Below, piece by piece: positions 9,759 to 21,460 of a stretch of 64,000 nt of DNA; the stretch's first letter is position 1, and every line of letters starts with the position of its first letter. The DNA is from Podarcis muralis. Lineage: Eukaryota. The notes under the pieces were generated by a model, which saw only the letters and a program-made list of their open reading frames with translations, had not been told where the DNA came from and searched no databases. Where the stretch lies: NCBI RefSeq assembly GCF_964188315.1, contig NC_135659.1:30256001-30320000 (forward strand), given 5' to 3'. Position numbers and translations under genes: made by a program.

Positions 9759-10766
9759 AGACTAGGATTTTGGAAGAACAGAATCCTCAGTTCTTCGTTC
9801 TAAATTATCCTCTCAGAATTTAGTCTAAACCCCATTGAGTCTAAAATCAACTTCAGTGGCAGGAGGACCCAATGACCCAGGCTGACACTTCCCATCCCAA
9901 TAAGTCTTCTAAAACGGTCAAAATGAAGACGCAAAGCGTTTTTGTCGTCTTTTTGGTATTGGGTGAGATTATTTGCAGAATCAAATTATCTTGATCTGAA
10001 TTGTCGGTAAAAGTTGGAGCTTCTGTGTCGGTTCTCTTTTTATATATATATAAGGGAGGAGGCGCTTACCCCCTGCCCCTCCCGAAGTAATTGCCTCAGG
10101 AATGGAAATGTTAGGGGTATTTTAGCTGTCCCTTTTAAATGGGTGTTTTAGTAAGTCGGACTGAGCTGTGCCTTCCCGGTTTTAAAGCGCAGAAAATTAA
10201 GAGAGGGGAGGCTGGCGGGAGAAAGAGAGTGACTGTTTAGTTTGAGGAGCTGATAATGAACAGAAAAAGAGGTTTCAAGTTTTGTTGTATGCTTGGAAAT
10301 GTGCCTTTTAGCAGACTTTCAGGTGGGTAGTTTTCAAGTCACCTGCCTTCAGCTTCAGAGACAGGACGAGTTAGAATCAGAGGAAGGAAGAAATGGAGGA
10401 TGGATGGCTCTATCTGTGCGTAACTCACTGCTTCGTACGTTCTATTATTTTGAAGCGGTTATTCCTCATTAACCATTGCCCTTTACGCCTATGCAATCCG
10501 GACGGTGGATGCAATAATTTTAGAGTCGCTATCACCTTTAAGGAAGAAAGGATCATCGCAATCATTCAAAGGAGGGAAATAAATCAGAGATCTACCCAAG
10601 TGGCGCCCTTGATTCTGCTCCTACAAGAAGGGCTCCCCTCTTATTTTGCTTTTTAAAAAGGAGTTGTCCTTCCGATCTGATCCTCCTGTCCCCACCGACT
10701 CCCCCCCCCCCCCCCGCAATTTGTGGCCCCGGCCTATCGTCGTCTCTTTCTCCCCTTCTCCCGCAG

Positions 10767-11079
10767 GACCAAGTGGAAGCGGCAGACGGCCGTGGGCTTG
10801 GAGCTCCTGGCCGAAGCGGGGAATTACTCGGCTCTGCAGCGGATGTTCCCGTCGCCCTACTTCTACCACCCGAGCCTGCTAGGCAGCATGGACAGCACCA
10901 CGGCGGCCGCGGCGGCCGCAGCTATGTACAGTAGCATGTACCGGACTCCTCCGGCGCCTCACCCCCAGCTGCAGAGGCCTCTGGTCCCCCGGGTGCTGAT
11001 CCACGGCCTTGGACCCGGAGGGCAGCCGGCCCTCAACCCTTTGTCCAACCCTCTCCCGGGGACCCCCCACCCGCGGTGA
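10767..11079 (+). CDS. BARHL2: BARHL2 coding exon 3
   Basis: Polypyrimidine tract and ccgcag acceptor at 10766. AG+G=Arg, then TKWKRQTAVGLELLAEAGNYSALQRMFPSPYFYHPSLLGSMDSTTAAAAAAAMYSSMY...PGTPHPR, stop TGA 11077-11079. Exon total 601+226+313=1140 nt, or 379 aa plus stop. Confidence 0.98.
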
Positions 11080-11958
11080 AAGCGCTCCCCCTGGGGGGGA
11101 GGGGAGGGGAGCTTCGCCCTCCCCAGCTCCCCGCCCCCGCGCATTCCGCTAACAGACTCCCCCGCTTCACTCCCCCTCACTTAAGACAACTGCTAATCAG
11201 CCAAGGATGGAGCCCAGCCGAGTGAGGAGGAGGAGGAGGAAGGGGGGGGGGCGGTGGATGCGAGAGGTTCTCCAAGCAGCGAGAGAGGCGACCGGCTCCG
11301 ACCGAGAGCGGGGACTCTGGAACCCGTAAGTGAATCTTCACATCCAGCCAGCCCCGCGTCAGTCCGTCCCTTGGCCGGAGGAGGAGGGGGGGAAGAGAAC
11401 TGCGGGGGGAGGGGGTTTGCTTGCGATCGTCTCTAGGAGAGAGTTGGGGAGGGGGTGCAAGAAAGAGACTGAGATCCAGTCAGTCGCAGCAAAGACTTTT
11501 GAGTGACACACAGAGAGAAAGAGAGAGAGAGAGGACGCCCCTCCCCCCCAACACTGATCCCAGAAGATGAGGAGACGGCGGCGGTCTTGGGGAGACGGAG
11601 AAGTTTGCACTGAATTTCTCATGACCTTTTTTTCTTACCGAAAAGTGGCATGCTCCGTATGCTATATATATATCTATATATCTACATCTATATCCATATA
11701 TAGATATATACGAGATATGTAAAATGTACATTTTGAACAGGCTGGTGTGCGAAGTGATATATCATATTTATTATATGTTGTTCCAAAAAAGAAAAGAAAA
11801 AAAGAAAGAAAAGAAAAAGAAAAAAAGAAAAGTCACATATACATTAGTGGTGGTGGTGGTGGGGGAACGACAACGAAGCAAAGCAAAACAAAAAAATCTT
11901 CCCCCTCTACTCTCTCCTTTTCCATGCTTTTTTTTTTTTGATTCAGTAAAAAAGAAAA

Positions 11959-12046
11959 AATAAATGCTTAGATGACGACGACAAAAATTATATAGATTTT
12001 TGATGACTGAAAAATGACAAAACGAAGGGGAAAAAAAGGAAATAAA
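11959..12046 (+). terminator. Candidate BARHL2 polyadenylation signals
   Basis: AATAAA at 11959-11964 and 12041-12046, about 0.9-1 kb after the stop, followed by U-rich and GU-rich sequence. Confidence 0.5.
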
Positions 12047-15000
12047 CTTTTATCTTTTTTTAAACAAATGCGTAGGTCCAAACTAGCTAATTTTCTTAAG
12101 CCAAATGCGCTTGGCCGCGGGGGGGGGGGGCGGGGACTCTGGGAAGAAATGCGCAGAGCGTGCCTGCGTCTGTGTGCGATGCTCAAATTCACCCCACCAA
12201 AACGTGTGCTGCTGGCGTTCCGTTTTTGAAAAGTTGATAGGAGTTTGTGACTTTTCGAAGCAACAGATTGGAAGGGAGAATCAAGTGTTTTCTTTGGGCG
12301 AGGGGAGAGGGGAAGGGGGGCTTGCTACTTCAAGCTTGTGCGGTGAAAGATCCATTGACAAATAAGCAATTTTGTTTTTGTTTTAAATTTTTGAGGAGGG
12401 TGGATTTGGTTCTAAATAGGCCGTTATAAACTGGGAATGTTGGGGCTGCTTTTCCTCCTTCGCTGCTGTGTAGAATTCTCTCTCTCTTTCTCTTGTTTTT
12501 GGCTCCCGTTGTTGAATATTTAAAAGTGGGGGGCGGGGAGAGAAAAAGAGAGAGAGGACTTGAATGGTTTGCTAAAGGTGGCCGGATGTCTGGGAAACCA
12601 AAATGTGGTCTCCCGGCCTGGCAGCTGTTCCGAGGCCGCAGAAGCGTTGGGGAGAAACGCGGAGGACAGACAGGAAGCGGGAGACGCTCGAGGGGGGCAA
12701 TTAGGAGCGTGGACCCCAGGCAGGAGAAAACCCAACCCGGGTTCACAGCCGAGAGGGATGTTTGCGTGGAGGGGGCGGCGGGAAGGGGGGGGGGCGGGCG
12801 AGAGACCTGGAGATCTTTGATCTCTCCCCAGCCCCAGGGGTCTTTTTTCTCCCTTTCCCTCCAAAGACCCCGCTTCTCCTTTTCTCCCTCTACAAATCTT
12901 TTTTGCTCAGCTTTTTATTTTTAATTCTTCTTAAACCTCCCCTTCTTAAAAGGGGCAGGCAATTCGGTGGTGCGGTTGTGTGTGTGTGTGCGTGCGCGGA
13001 CTGGAAGACTTTGCGGGGTCTGGGTTGAGAAGGAGCAAAAGGGAAGGCGGGGAAAATGGGGAACAAAAAATAAAAAACAAAACAAAACGGGGTGTGTGTG
13101 TGAAAAGGAGAAACTGTGGCTGGCTTTGCGACGGAACTGGAGGGGGGGCGGGATAACCGCTTGAAAGTGATGCAAAAGGAGAGGCGAGCGGAGCGGCTCC
13201 TTCCCTCCCTCTGGCCTCTTTGGCCTGAGTTGGGGGGGGCTGCCTACCTCTCCCCCCCCGTCCGTTCTGCCAATCCGGATCAGCCCTCCAAGCCATCAGA
13301 AAGCCCCAACCTTGGAAAGAACGAGCGCGCATCTCTCCCTCCCCTCCTCCTCTTTAAAATTAGAAAGATATACAGCAATTACCTATAAAACATTCATAAC
13401 GCCCGTCCAATATTATCACCTCCTCTGAGGTTTGTGGTTGATTCTCTTTGCTTGTGTGGCTTTTCTTTTTGATTCTCTAAAGGAGGGGAGGGTGGGGGGG
13501 GGGAGAGAAAGCGAGTGTGAGGTGATGGGGAGCGGGGAGAGGAGGAGAAAGAGAGAAGCAGCTAGAAAAGCCTGCGGGCACATTTTATTTGGGCTTTGCT
13601 AATTAGAGAATGGTTTGCTGATTCTTTCCCTCCCTCCCTCTCTCCCTCACCTCTCCTGCTAATAAATTCGCGTTCAAAACCATCTTGACCTTGGCCGCGT
13701 CCTCACAAAAGGGCCCGGAAACGCCCACCTCATTTTCGGCTCATGTCACAGCGGACAATTACGCGGCCACCGAGCTGCGGGCGACGAAATTATACACAGA
13801 GCGCAGCCAAACCTACCCAACCCTTTGCCCAGCCCCGCGATTCCCCGGTTCCCGTGTTAATTAGGGCTTGGAAATAAATAATAACAATGAGTCAGGGGAC
13901 CCACCCACCTACCCACGCCCCCCCACTGGATCAATCTGTTAATGACCCACATGGCTCTGGGTCTGCGGAGTCGTGTCCCGCCCCCCAACAGCCAGCCAAA
14001 AAGAAGCCCTTCTGCGGGTATGCGCTAAGATGCGCCTGTGGCCAAGGAAATCGACAAGCCAGCGAGGGAGAGACATTGACTAGCCATCCAGTCACAGAGA
14101 AAGGGCCCAACTTTTAAATCTCCGTGGCAGAGATCTAACTAAGCATATATTCTCCTTTTCCATTGTGACGAACGGGCGTTAAAATGTTCAGTGCTGACTG
14201 AGTAGAGCGCATAGCGATTTTTTAAATTAAAGTTTTTTTAAAATATTTTTTTTTAAATACTCCCTGGTATTAAATGTCATAAATGAATGTTGGGTAGGGG
14301 GGGGGGAGGAGGTCTCAGAGTGCTTTCAAATGGTTGCCAAGTTATTCGGGTTACGTTTTTGAGATGAGCCACATGGGCCGGGAATAATTCGACTGGCTCT
14401 GTTTTGAAAGCCTATTATAAATCTGGATCTTAGATGAGTTCTGGTTATTATTATTATAATTATTATTAGGAAGGAGGAGAGTTGCTAAAATAAGGATCCT
14501 CTTTTCTAAAAACCGTCGTCCTCATCAACACCTTGAGGCACCGAAGCAGGATCTATGACTATATTATCCCCCCCCCCCCAATAATAATAAATAGAACAGA
14601 AGGGGAAGTTATCTTAGAACGGCTGATATTTTGGTCAAAATCACTGAATAACGCTGCAATCTCTTCCTTTATGCTTCTTCAGATAGTGTTGGAAGTCGCA
14701 CAGCATTTAACCCTCCTTTTTTAAAAAGAAGAATTTTAGTATTTTCCTCCAGAACATTTTCCCTAACAACAGCAAGAAGGCTAAAATGAAGAAGAATTAG
14801 GTGGTGGTAAGATATATTTTTATACCAAAAGGATTTTTATCAAACTTTTTTTTAAAGTGGTGGTGGTGGTGGTGGGGGGGGGGGAAGGGGGCGGCAGCTT
14901 GAGAATAACGATCAAATTTCCCCAAATATATATTTTTCAACCTCCCCTTCCCACTTCTTTCCTTTTCAAAGCACCCTCTTTTAACAATGCAGGAATTTTT

Positions 15001-18000
15001 CTTGGAAAACCAAAACAGGTCTTCCTAGCCCTGTCTTTAGCTCTTTCCCTGCCTGCGGTGCAATTTGAACTCTTCACTTTTGCTGATAAACAATTTTGAT
15101 TGCTTCTCACTTAAATCATGAGCAAGATTAAATACACCTACTTCATTAGACGCGTTTGCTGGTTTCGAAAGCTAATTAAAAGAGGCTTTCCTTGGAAGAA
15201 AGGGGTGGGCTTGAGGTTTAAAAAGCTACAGATGCGCGCTCATTTAAACGCACTCAAGGAACAAACACGCGCGCGCAGATCCTGCAAGTTGTTTTCTTTC
15301 TTCCTGGGTAACAATCTCTCCCTCGCAAGTGAACATTATCAAAAGAGCCAGGAAAGGAATCGAGGCTGCTTTGCCGTTAAACAGACTTCCCCAAACACGC
15401 CCTTCCTCTAGTTCAGAGAAGAGAGAGAGATTTCCCCTTCCATTCTCCCAGGACAGACGTTCAAATCACTCCCCCCCTCCCCTTCGATGCCATCTCTGCA
15501 CTTCTGATGGGGCCACGAGGCGCTGGCTTCTGCTAGCGAGCCTTGCTGCTCGGCCGGGTTTCCCTTGATCACAGCGTTTCCCTTCAGCCCCCAAGTTAAA
15601 AACTTCCTGCCTTTTCCACAGCCTCAGCAGTTGGATATTTCAGAACCTCCCATTCCCTGCTCCTCCCCGGGTTCGTCGGGGATACACCGCTGCCTTTCAT
15701 GGCCATCGGTGGAAATTCAAGGGGACTCGCTTGCTAATATGGGATGGGCTTTCTTCCTTAGCACATTAACACTCCCCGGGTGGAGGAAGTCAAGGAGGTC
15801 TCCCTCCGGCTGGACAGCTCCATGTCTGCTTTTCAATAATACTATTACTGTACTAGGATTATCAGTTCACCTATTACGATGACTCCCTTCGGTCAGAGAC
15901 ACCCAGTGCGTGGAAGAGGCCACCGCTAGCTAGGGAAGGCGGCCTGGAGAGAGCGATGGAGTAGCCTGCTGAGGCTCAGCTCCTGCGCCAGACTCCTTTT
16001 TGTCCTGGTGAGGAGGCCTGGGGTCAGCACTTCCTGTGGCCTCGGGACGGTGCCAGCCCGTTGCTTCTTAAAAACATCTTCATCTCTCTCTTGGCCCATT
16101 ATCTGTGCTAACGTCAACCCGGAAGATAGATGCCCGATTAGTAGGGCAAGGCAGAGGAACTGTCGCAGAAGCGTACGAGGAGAAGCAGGACCCTTCTCCC
16201 GCACCCCAAAGAAATCTACCGAAGAGGGAGGGAGAGAGGAGTAAGGTGCTCGGATGCGTGTCCAAGATCTCTGCAGCTGTTGGGGTGGGGAAGGTGGAGA
16301 AGTAGCTCGCTGTTCCTTTTGCACCTACACCTGGAATTCTTTCTACTGATGTAGGTCTGTTGCCACTGGACTCTTTGCTAAGGAACCCCCATTTTGAGGG
16401 ACCACCGGGGCTTAACTGCACACGTCGCTGGGAAGGAAGTCCCACTTAACAAAACTACTTTCTTCCCAGCAGTCAAGCCCGGAATCGGTCTGCCAAGGGA
16501 CCCATACTCAAAGGTAACCCAAGGTCGACGTGTGGCTATTACTCACCCGTCGGCACCCTGTCGTGTAGTTATGACAAAGAGTGGGTTAACGCCTCTCCCG
16601 CCACGTGGATCCAACACACACATCCACTTTTAGGAGCCATCTTAGTCTATTGCGTCTACTCCGCATTAGTCATGAGATGGCACTTCCCCCGGATCAGTTA
16701 ACACGGAATACGACCGTCCCCAGCGTTTTGCGGGAGGCGGGAGCGTGCGAAGGCGCAAGAATCCCTGCAGCACCACGGACAGCTCCAAGGGCTGCCGCGC
16801 TAAGCGGCGCCTTACGCAAGTTGCTTCTGGACAGTTCCGAAGTCTCCCCAGCCTCTTCCTGCATGGCGCTTTCTCTCTGCAAGGGAGAAAGAAAGTAGGC
16901 GCGGAAGGTGCATTACAAAAGTGCTCTCTTACAGCTCTTGCTGATTAGTCGCTAAGTCCCAAACAGGATCAATATAGTCCTGGGGAGGGAAAGCCAAGAG
17001 ACAAGAGCCTGAGAGCGAGGAGTTCCCAACCATAAATCAAGCTAAACCGACGCTGTTTAATGTTCTTAAGGCGAAAGACGATTTCCCGGCGACTTTAGTG
17101 GCGAACGATTATGAAGATATGAGGATAAGGCGGGCAGAGGCTCAGTTTGAAAGAGAGAGGAAAAGATTTCCGATGAGTGCTTTAATTCGCCTTCCTCTTC
17201 ATGATCAAACGGGAGGTTTCTTAACGCGTTATCCAAACCAAATTTAAACCACACACACACACACACGAGACTCTACCTGTTAGAGACGCCGTTCTCCGCG
17301 GGCTGTTATTCCGAAGAAATACAGATGGTGAAAAGTATCCTTTTGGCCCAAGGGAGATTTTGGCCTTTAAAGCAGAAAAAAGAAAAACCCCGAAACGCCC
17401 TTACCTTACCTAATCAGGCTAAGGAGGGGTAAGTTACATGTTTTATTGCCACAAACTGGAGACGCACGCTCCTCTTGCAATTTAGACAACAGGTAAGAAA
17501 GGTAGTAGGGATTTCTTTATTTAATTTAAAAACGCAGGACACCTTTTTTTTTTTTTTTTTAGGAAAGCGCAAAACCAATCCGCAGCCTCACTAAATGGAG
17601 TCACTCCGGGATGCGGATTGACACCAGTGAGTCTAAGGGGGAAAAGAGAGCGGGTGTGAAGTGTTGCTTGAGCAGAGCAAAATTTCAGATCACGCCTGCT
17701 GCTTCTTCGGTATGGACCTGCATTTAACTTCCTCCTTTTGCCTTGGAAAAAAGAAGAAGTAAACACTCTGCTTTTGAGATATATATATATCTCAAAAGCA
17801 GTGTGTGTGTGTGTGTGTGTGTATACACACACACTGCTTGATTGTAGAAAACCACAAAGCAGTAAACACCAGTTGCATCCCACCCCATATCTTCTCTTTT
17901 TCTTTCTTTCCATATGTGTAGGTACGCCCTCTGTAAGGGGGCATAATTCCCCTTCCTGTAACAAATGCTCCTTTCAAAGCAAGATATTGCCGGTGAAGGG

Positions 18001-20896
18001 TTAATGCAGTGGATCAACATTTCTGCTGCCACCAGCGGAGACCTGTGTTCTTCAAACTGGTCTAGTTTTTGCTTCGGGAAAATTAATCTGGGATGTCCGG
18101 TCAGAAGGACTGTGGTATATTTGCCCCCAAAGGGCCTGCTGAATACCTGAGGAACTTTGTGGGTTGACACTGGACATATGCTGTGCATTAGTAGGAAATG
18201 GTAGATTCAGTTCAGTTGGTGGAAACAGTGAGGTGGAAGAAGAAGACACACTTTGCATTCAGAAGGTCACCGTATCAAGGCCTGGCATCTCCAGGTAAGG
18301 CTGAGAATGACTCCTGTCTCAATCCCTGGAGAACTACTGCCAGTGTAGTCAACACTGAACTAGATGGGTTTGGTATAAGGCATGTTCCTTTGATCTCAGA
18401 TTCATGTTAGCTAACAAATGGCAGTTCACACAGATATTTATTTCTGGTGTATTTCTGTGTCTTTGTTTTTAATGACAAACTCTTTGTCTCCCCATCTCCT
18501 TCCCCCCGCAGTATCCAGATTCTGAACAGAAAAGGCAGCTGGACTAGGTGCTTTTCAAAGTTACATCTTTAGGGAGACACATAAGATTGAAAAGGTCGTA
18601 GGCGTTCAGAAAGAATGGCTGGAGAAACTGTAAAGCATTGCAATAATTGGAGTAGCCAATGCCCCCTTCTCCCGCACAATGTTAAAGGTTTAATAGGGGA
18701 AATTCTACTTTTTTTGAAATTACATCCCCGAAAAAGCTGGTATGAGGTGGTGGTAGAGAAATGTCATAAATCTGATATAATCTCATGGTGGCTGAAATTA
18801 CTGGGGTAGTTGTAGATTAGATTCTCAGCCTGACCGATGTGGCAAAGCTATGTCTGCGCATATAAAGCTAGAATATAAGGCAGAAGCTAGGCTAGATTCC
18901 CTCTGCCCTGACAAGCTAGTTTTCTATGCAGAGGGGATGCTTTGCATTAAATCACGTGACCTACCCTCCTTCACCACCTGAAGTGGTACAGCCTAGACCT
19001 GTCTCCTACCTCAGTGAGAGTTGGGTCCTTGTTAGCAGCAGTTAGTTGTGTGCATTTTTTTAAAGGTAGACTGTTGTATAAGGGAATGTATAATATGGAA
19101 TAAGTGTTTAGCTGCACCTCTCTCAAACAACCCTTCTGTATTGTGTCATTATGTCCTCTTCCATTAGTGCAACAGTTGGGGTGTATGCAGTGCTATTTTC
19201 CTAGAAAATGAGGTTGCCAGAACTCGCCATGAATGTCCCCCTTGTTCCCTTAGAATGGCAATGGTGCCCACCTGAGAGGTGCCAGAACTGAGTTCCAACT
19301 GAAAAAAAAAATCCATTGGGTTTTATCTGCTAGGGGGTCAAGTTTATCTGAGGAAAGTTTAGTTGCTGACCCCTGTTCTGAACTAAGAAGTGAGGAGCCA
19401 TTTGTTTTGTTTATTTTGCCGCAGAGGCAGAACTTGAGATAAGCTGTTTTTTTTAAAAAATGATCAGACTTTGTTTCTATCCTAGTCTCCATTCCTCATG
19501 ACGGTTTATTCCTAGAAAGCAACAGATCCCATCTTTGGTGCCAAAGCTCCCATTAAATCAAAGAGGGCACCCATGTTAAAGTGGGGTTCTTTCATTTTCC
19601 TCGCCTGCCAAACAAATATAACACCTATGTTGGCTAGAATATGCTTTATGCAGAATGGACAACAGTTCATACAAAAGAGGAGGACAGTGGCTCAAAGGCA
19701 CTTTCAGCGATGCTTGAAACACAGCACCAAACTTGCTTGTGATGGATGGATGTACATTTCATTTTTTAAAAGGCTCTTTCCTGCCTCTTCAACCCACATC
19801 AGTAATATTCATACATGTACACAAAGAGTGTCCCCGATGGTCAAAAGGTACTTTTAGCCTAACTGAAAAGGCTTGAGGCATTTCCACACCTGATACTATA
19901 GAGCTTTTTCTTCTTCTTCCTCTTTTTCACATTCTGTAATGTACACCCACACTAGATTGTCTAGTTATTTGAGAACAGATGTGTCCCACACTACCGACAA
20001 GCAGCCATCAGCTGCATTTGTATGAAAGTTGCTTAAACAAGCTTCTTAGCGTCATATGTGAAAAGGCCTTTTCAAAAAGTTACCGTCAAGCTATTACACC
20101 AGCAAAAGATCAAGAATTCCTGGAAGTCGCTACTGCAAGCTATGGGGCAGTATTCAATTACCGTATTTTTTGCTCTATAAGAGTCACTTTTTCCCTCCTA
20201 AAAAGTAAGGGGAAATGTGTGTGCATCTTATGGAGTGAATGCAGGCTGCACAGCTATCCCAGAAGCCAGAACAGCAAGAGGGATTGCTGCTTTCGCTGTG
20301 CAGCAATCCCTCTTGCTGTTCTGGCTTCTGAGATTCAGAATATTTTTTTCCTTGTTTTCCTCCTCCAAAAACTAGGGGCGTCTTGTGGTCTGGCACGTCT
20401 TATAGAGTGAAAAATACGGTAAATAGTTGTGCTTCTGCAAGGATAGCGCCAGCACAGTAGGATTTTCCCTTCCTCTCCTTTCCTTGCACATACCCTGCAC
20501 CATCCCCAAATCTGCTGCAGAGGTTTGGGGGAACCCCCCAAAAAGATTTAGGGGCACACAGTGGGGAGGAGAGGTGGAGAACATTCTGTTGTGCAGGAGA
20601 AATCCTTGTGCTGACGGAACATTTTGCTTAGCACTATGCTGAATACAACCTCATGGTGCTCGCCTCTGGCTTGATGGCTTAGAAATAAATTAGACAGATT
20701 TACAGAAGATGGTATCTCAGAGATTGTTAATCATAATAGTTTAATGAAGAGATACTCTACCTCAGGACACTAGATGCTGGAATGAAATGAAGAAGGAGAA
20801 GCCATCATCTACAGTCTCTGCTTCTGTGTTTCCAGAGGCATCTGTCTAGCTGGCTTCCCTGAATTAAATGGACTCTAGTCTCATCTAGGCCATCTA

Positions 20897-21261
20897 GGAC
20901 CTAGGGTGGTGCTGTGGGTTAAACCACAGAGCCTAGGACTTGCTGATCAGAAGGTCGGCGGTTCGAATCCCTTTGACGGGATGAGCTACCGTTGCTCGGT
21001 CCCTGCTCCTGCCAACCTAGCAGTTTGAAAGCATGTCAAAGTGCAAGTAGATAAATAGGGACCGCTCCGGTGGGAAGGTAAACGGCGTTTCTGTGTGCTG
21101 CTCTGGTTCGCCAGAAGCAGCTTAGTCATGCTGGCCACATGACCCAGAAGCTGTCTGCAGACAAACATCGGCTCCCTCGGCCTATAGAGCGAGATGAGCA
21201 CACAACCCCAGAGTCGGTCACGACTGGACCTAATGGTCAGGGGTCCCTTTACTTTTACCTT
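20897..21261 (+). mobile_element. Sauria SINE (Squam1-type) copy 1
   Basis: tRNA-like head (gtgctgtgggttaaacc...ggttcgaatccc), shared body and ACCTTT-type tail. 13-bp TSD tagtctcatctag at 20876-20888 and 21262-21274. Confidence 0.9.
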
Positions 21262-21302
21262 TAGTCTCATCTAGCAGGTTCTGATACCTTTTCAATCATC
21301 CT

Positions 21303-21460
21303 AATAATCATTATCATTATCATTAATATTTATATGCTCCCCATCTGAATGGGTTGCTCCAGCCACTCTGGACAGCTCCCAACAAAATATTAAAAACACA
21401 GTAAAACATCATCCATTAAAAACTTCCCTGAACGGAGCTGCCTTCAGATGTCTTCTAACA
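21303..21460 (-). mobile_element. L2-type LINE 3' fragment
   Basis: Shares gctgccttcagatgtcttctaa and aaaaacttccct blocks with the elements at 29497 and 42443, with a short-repeat tail. Confidence 0.6.
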
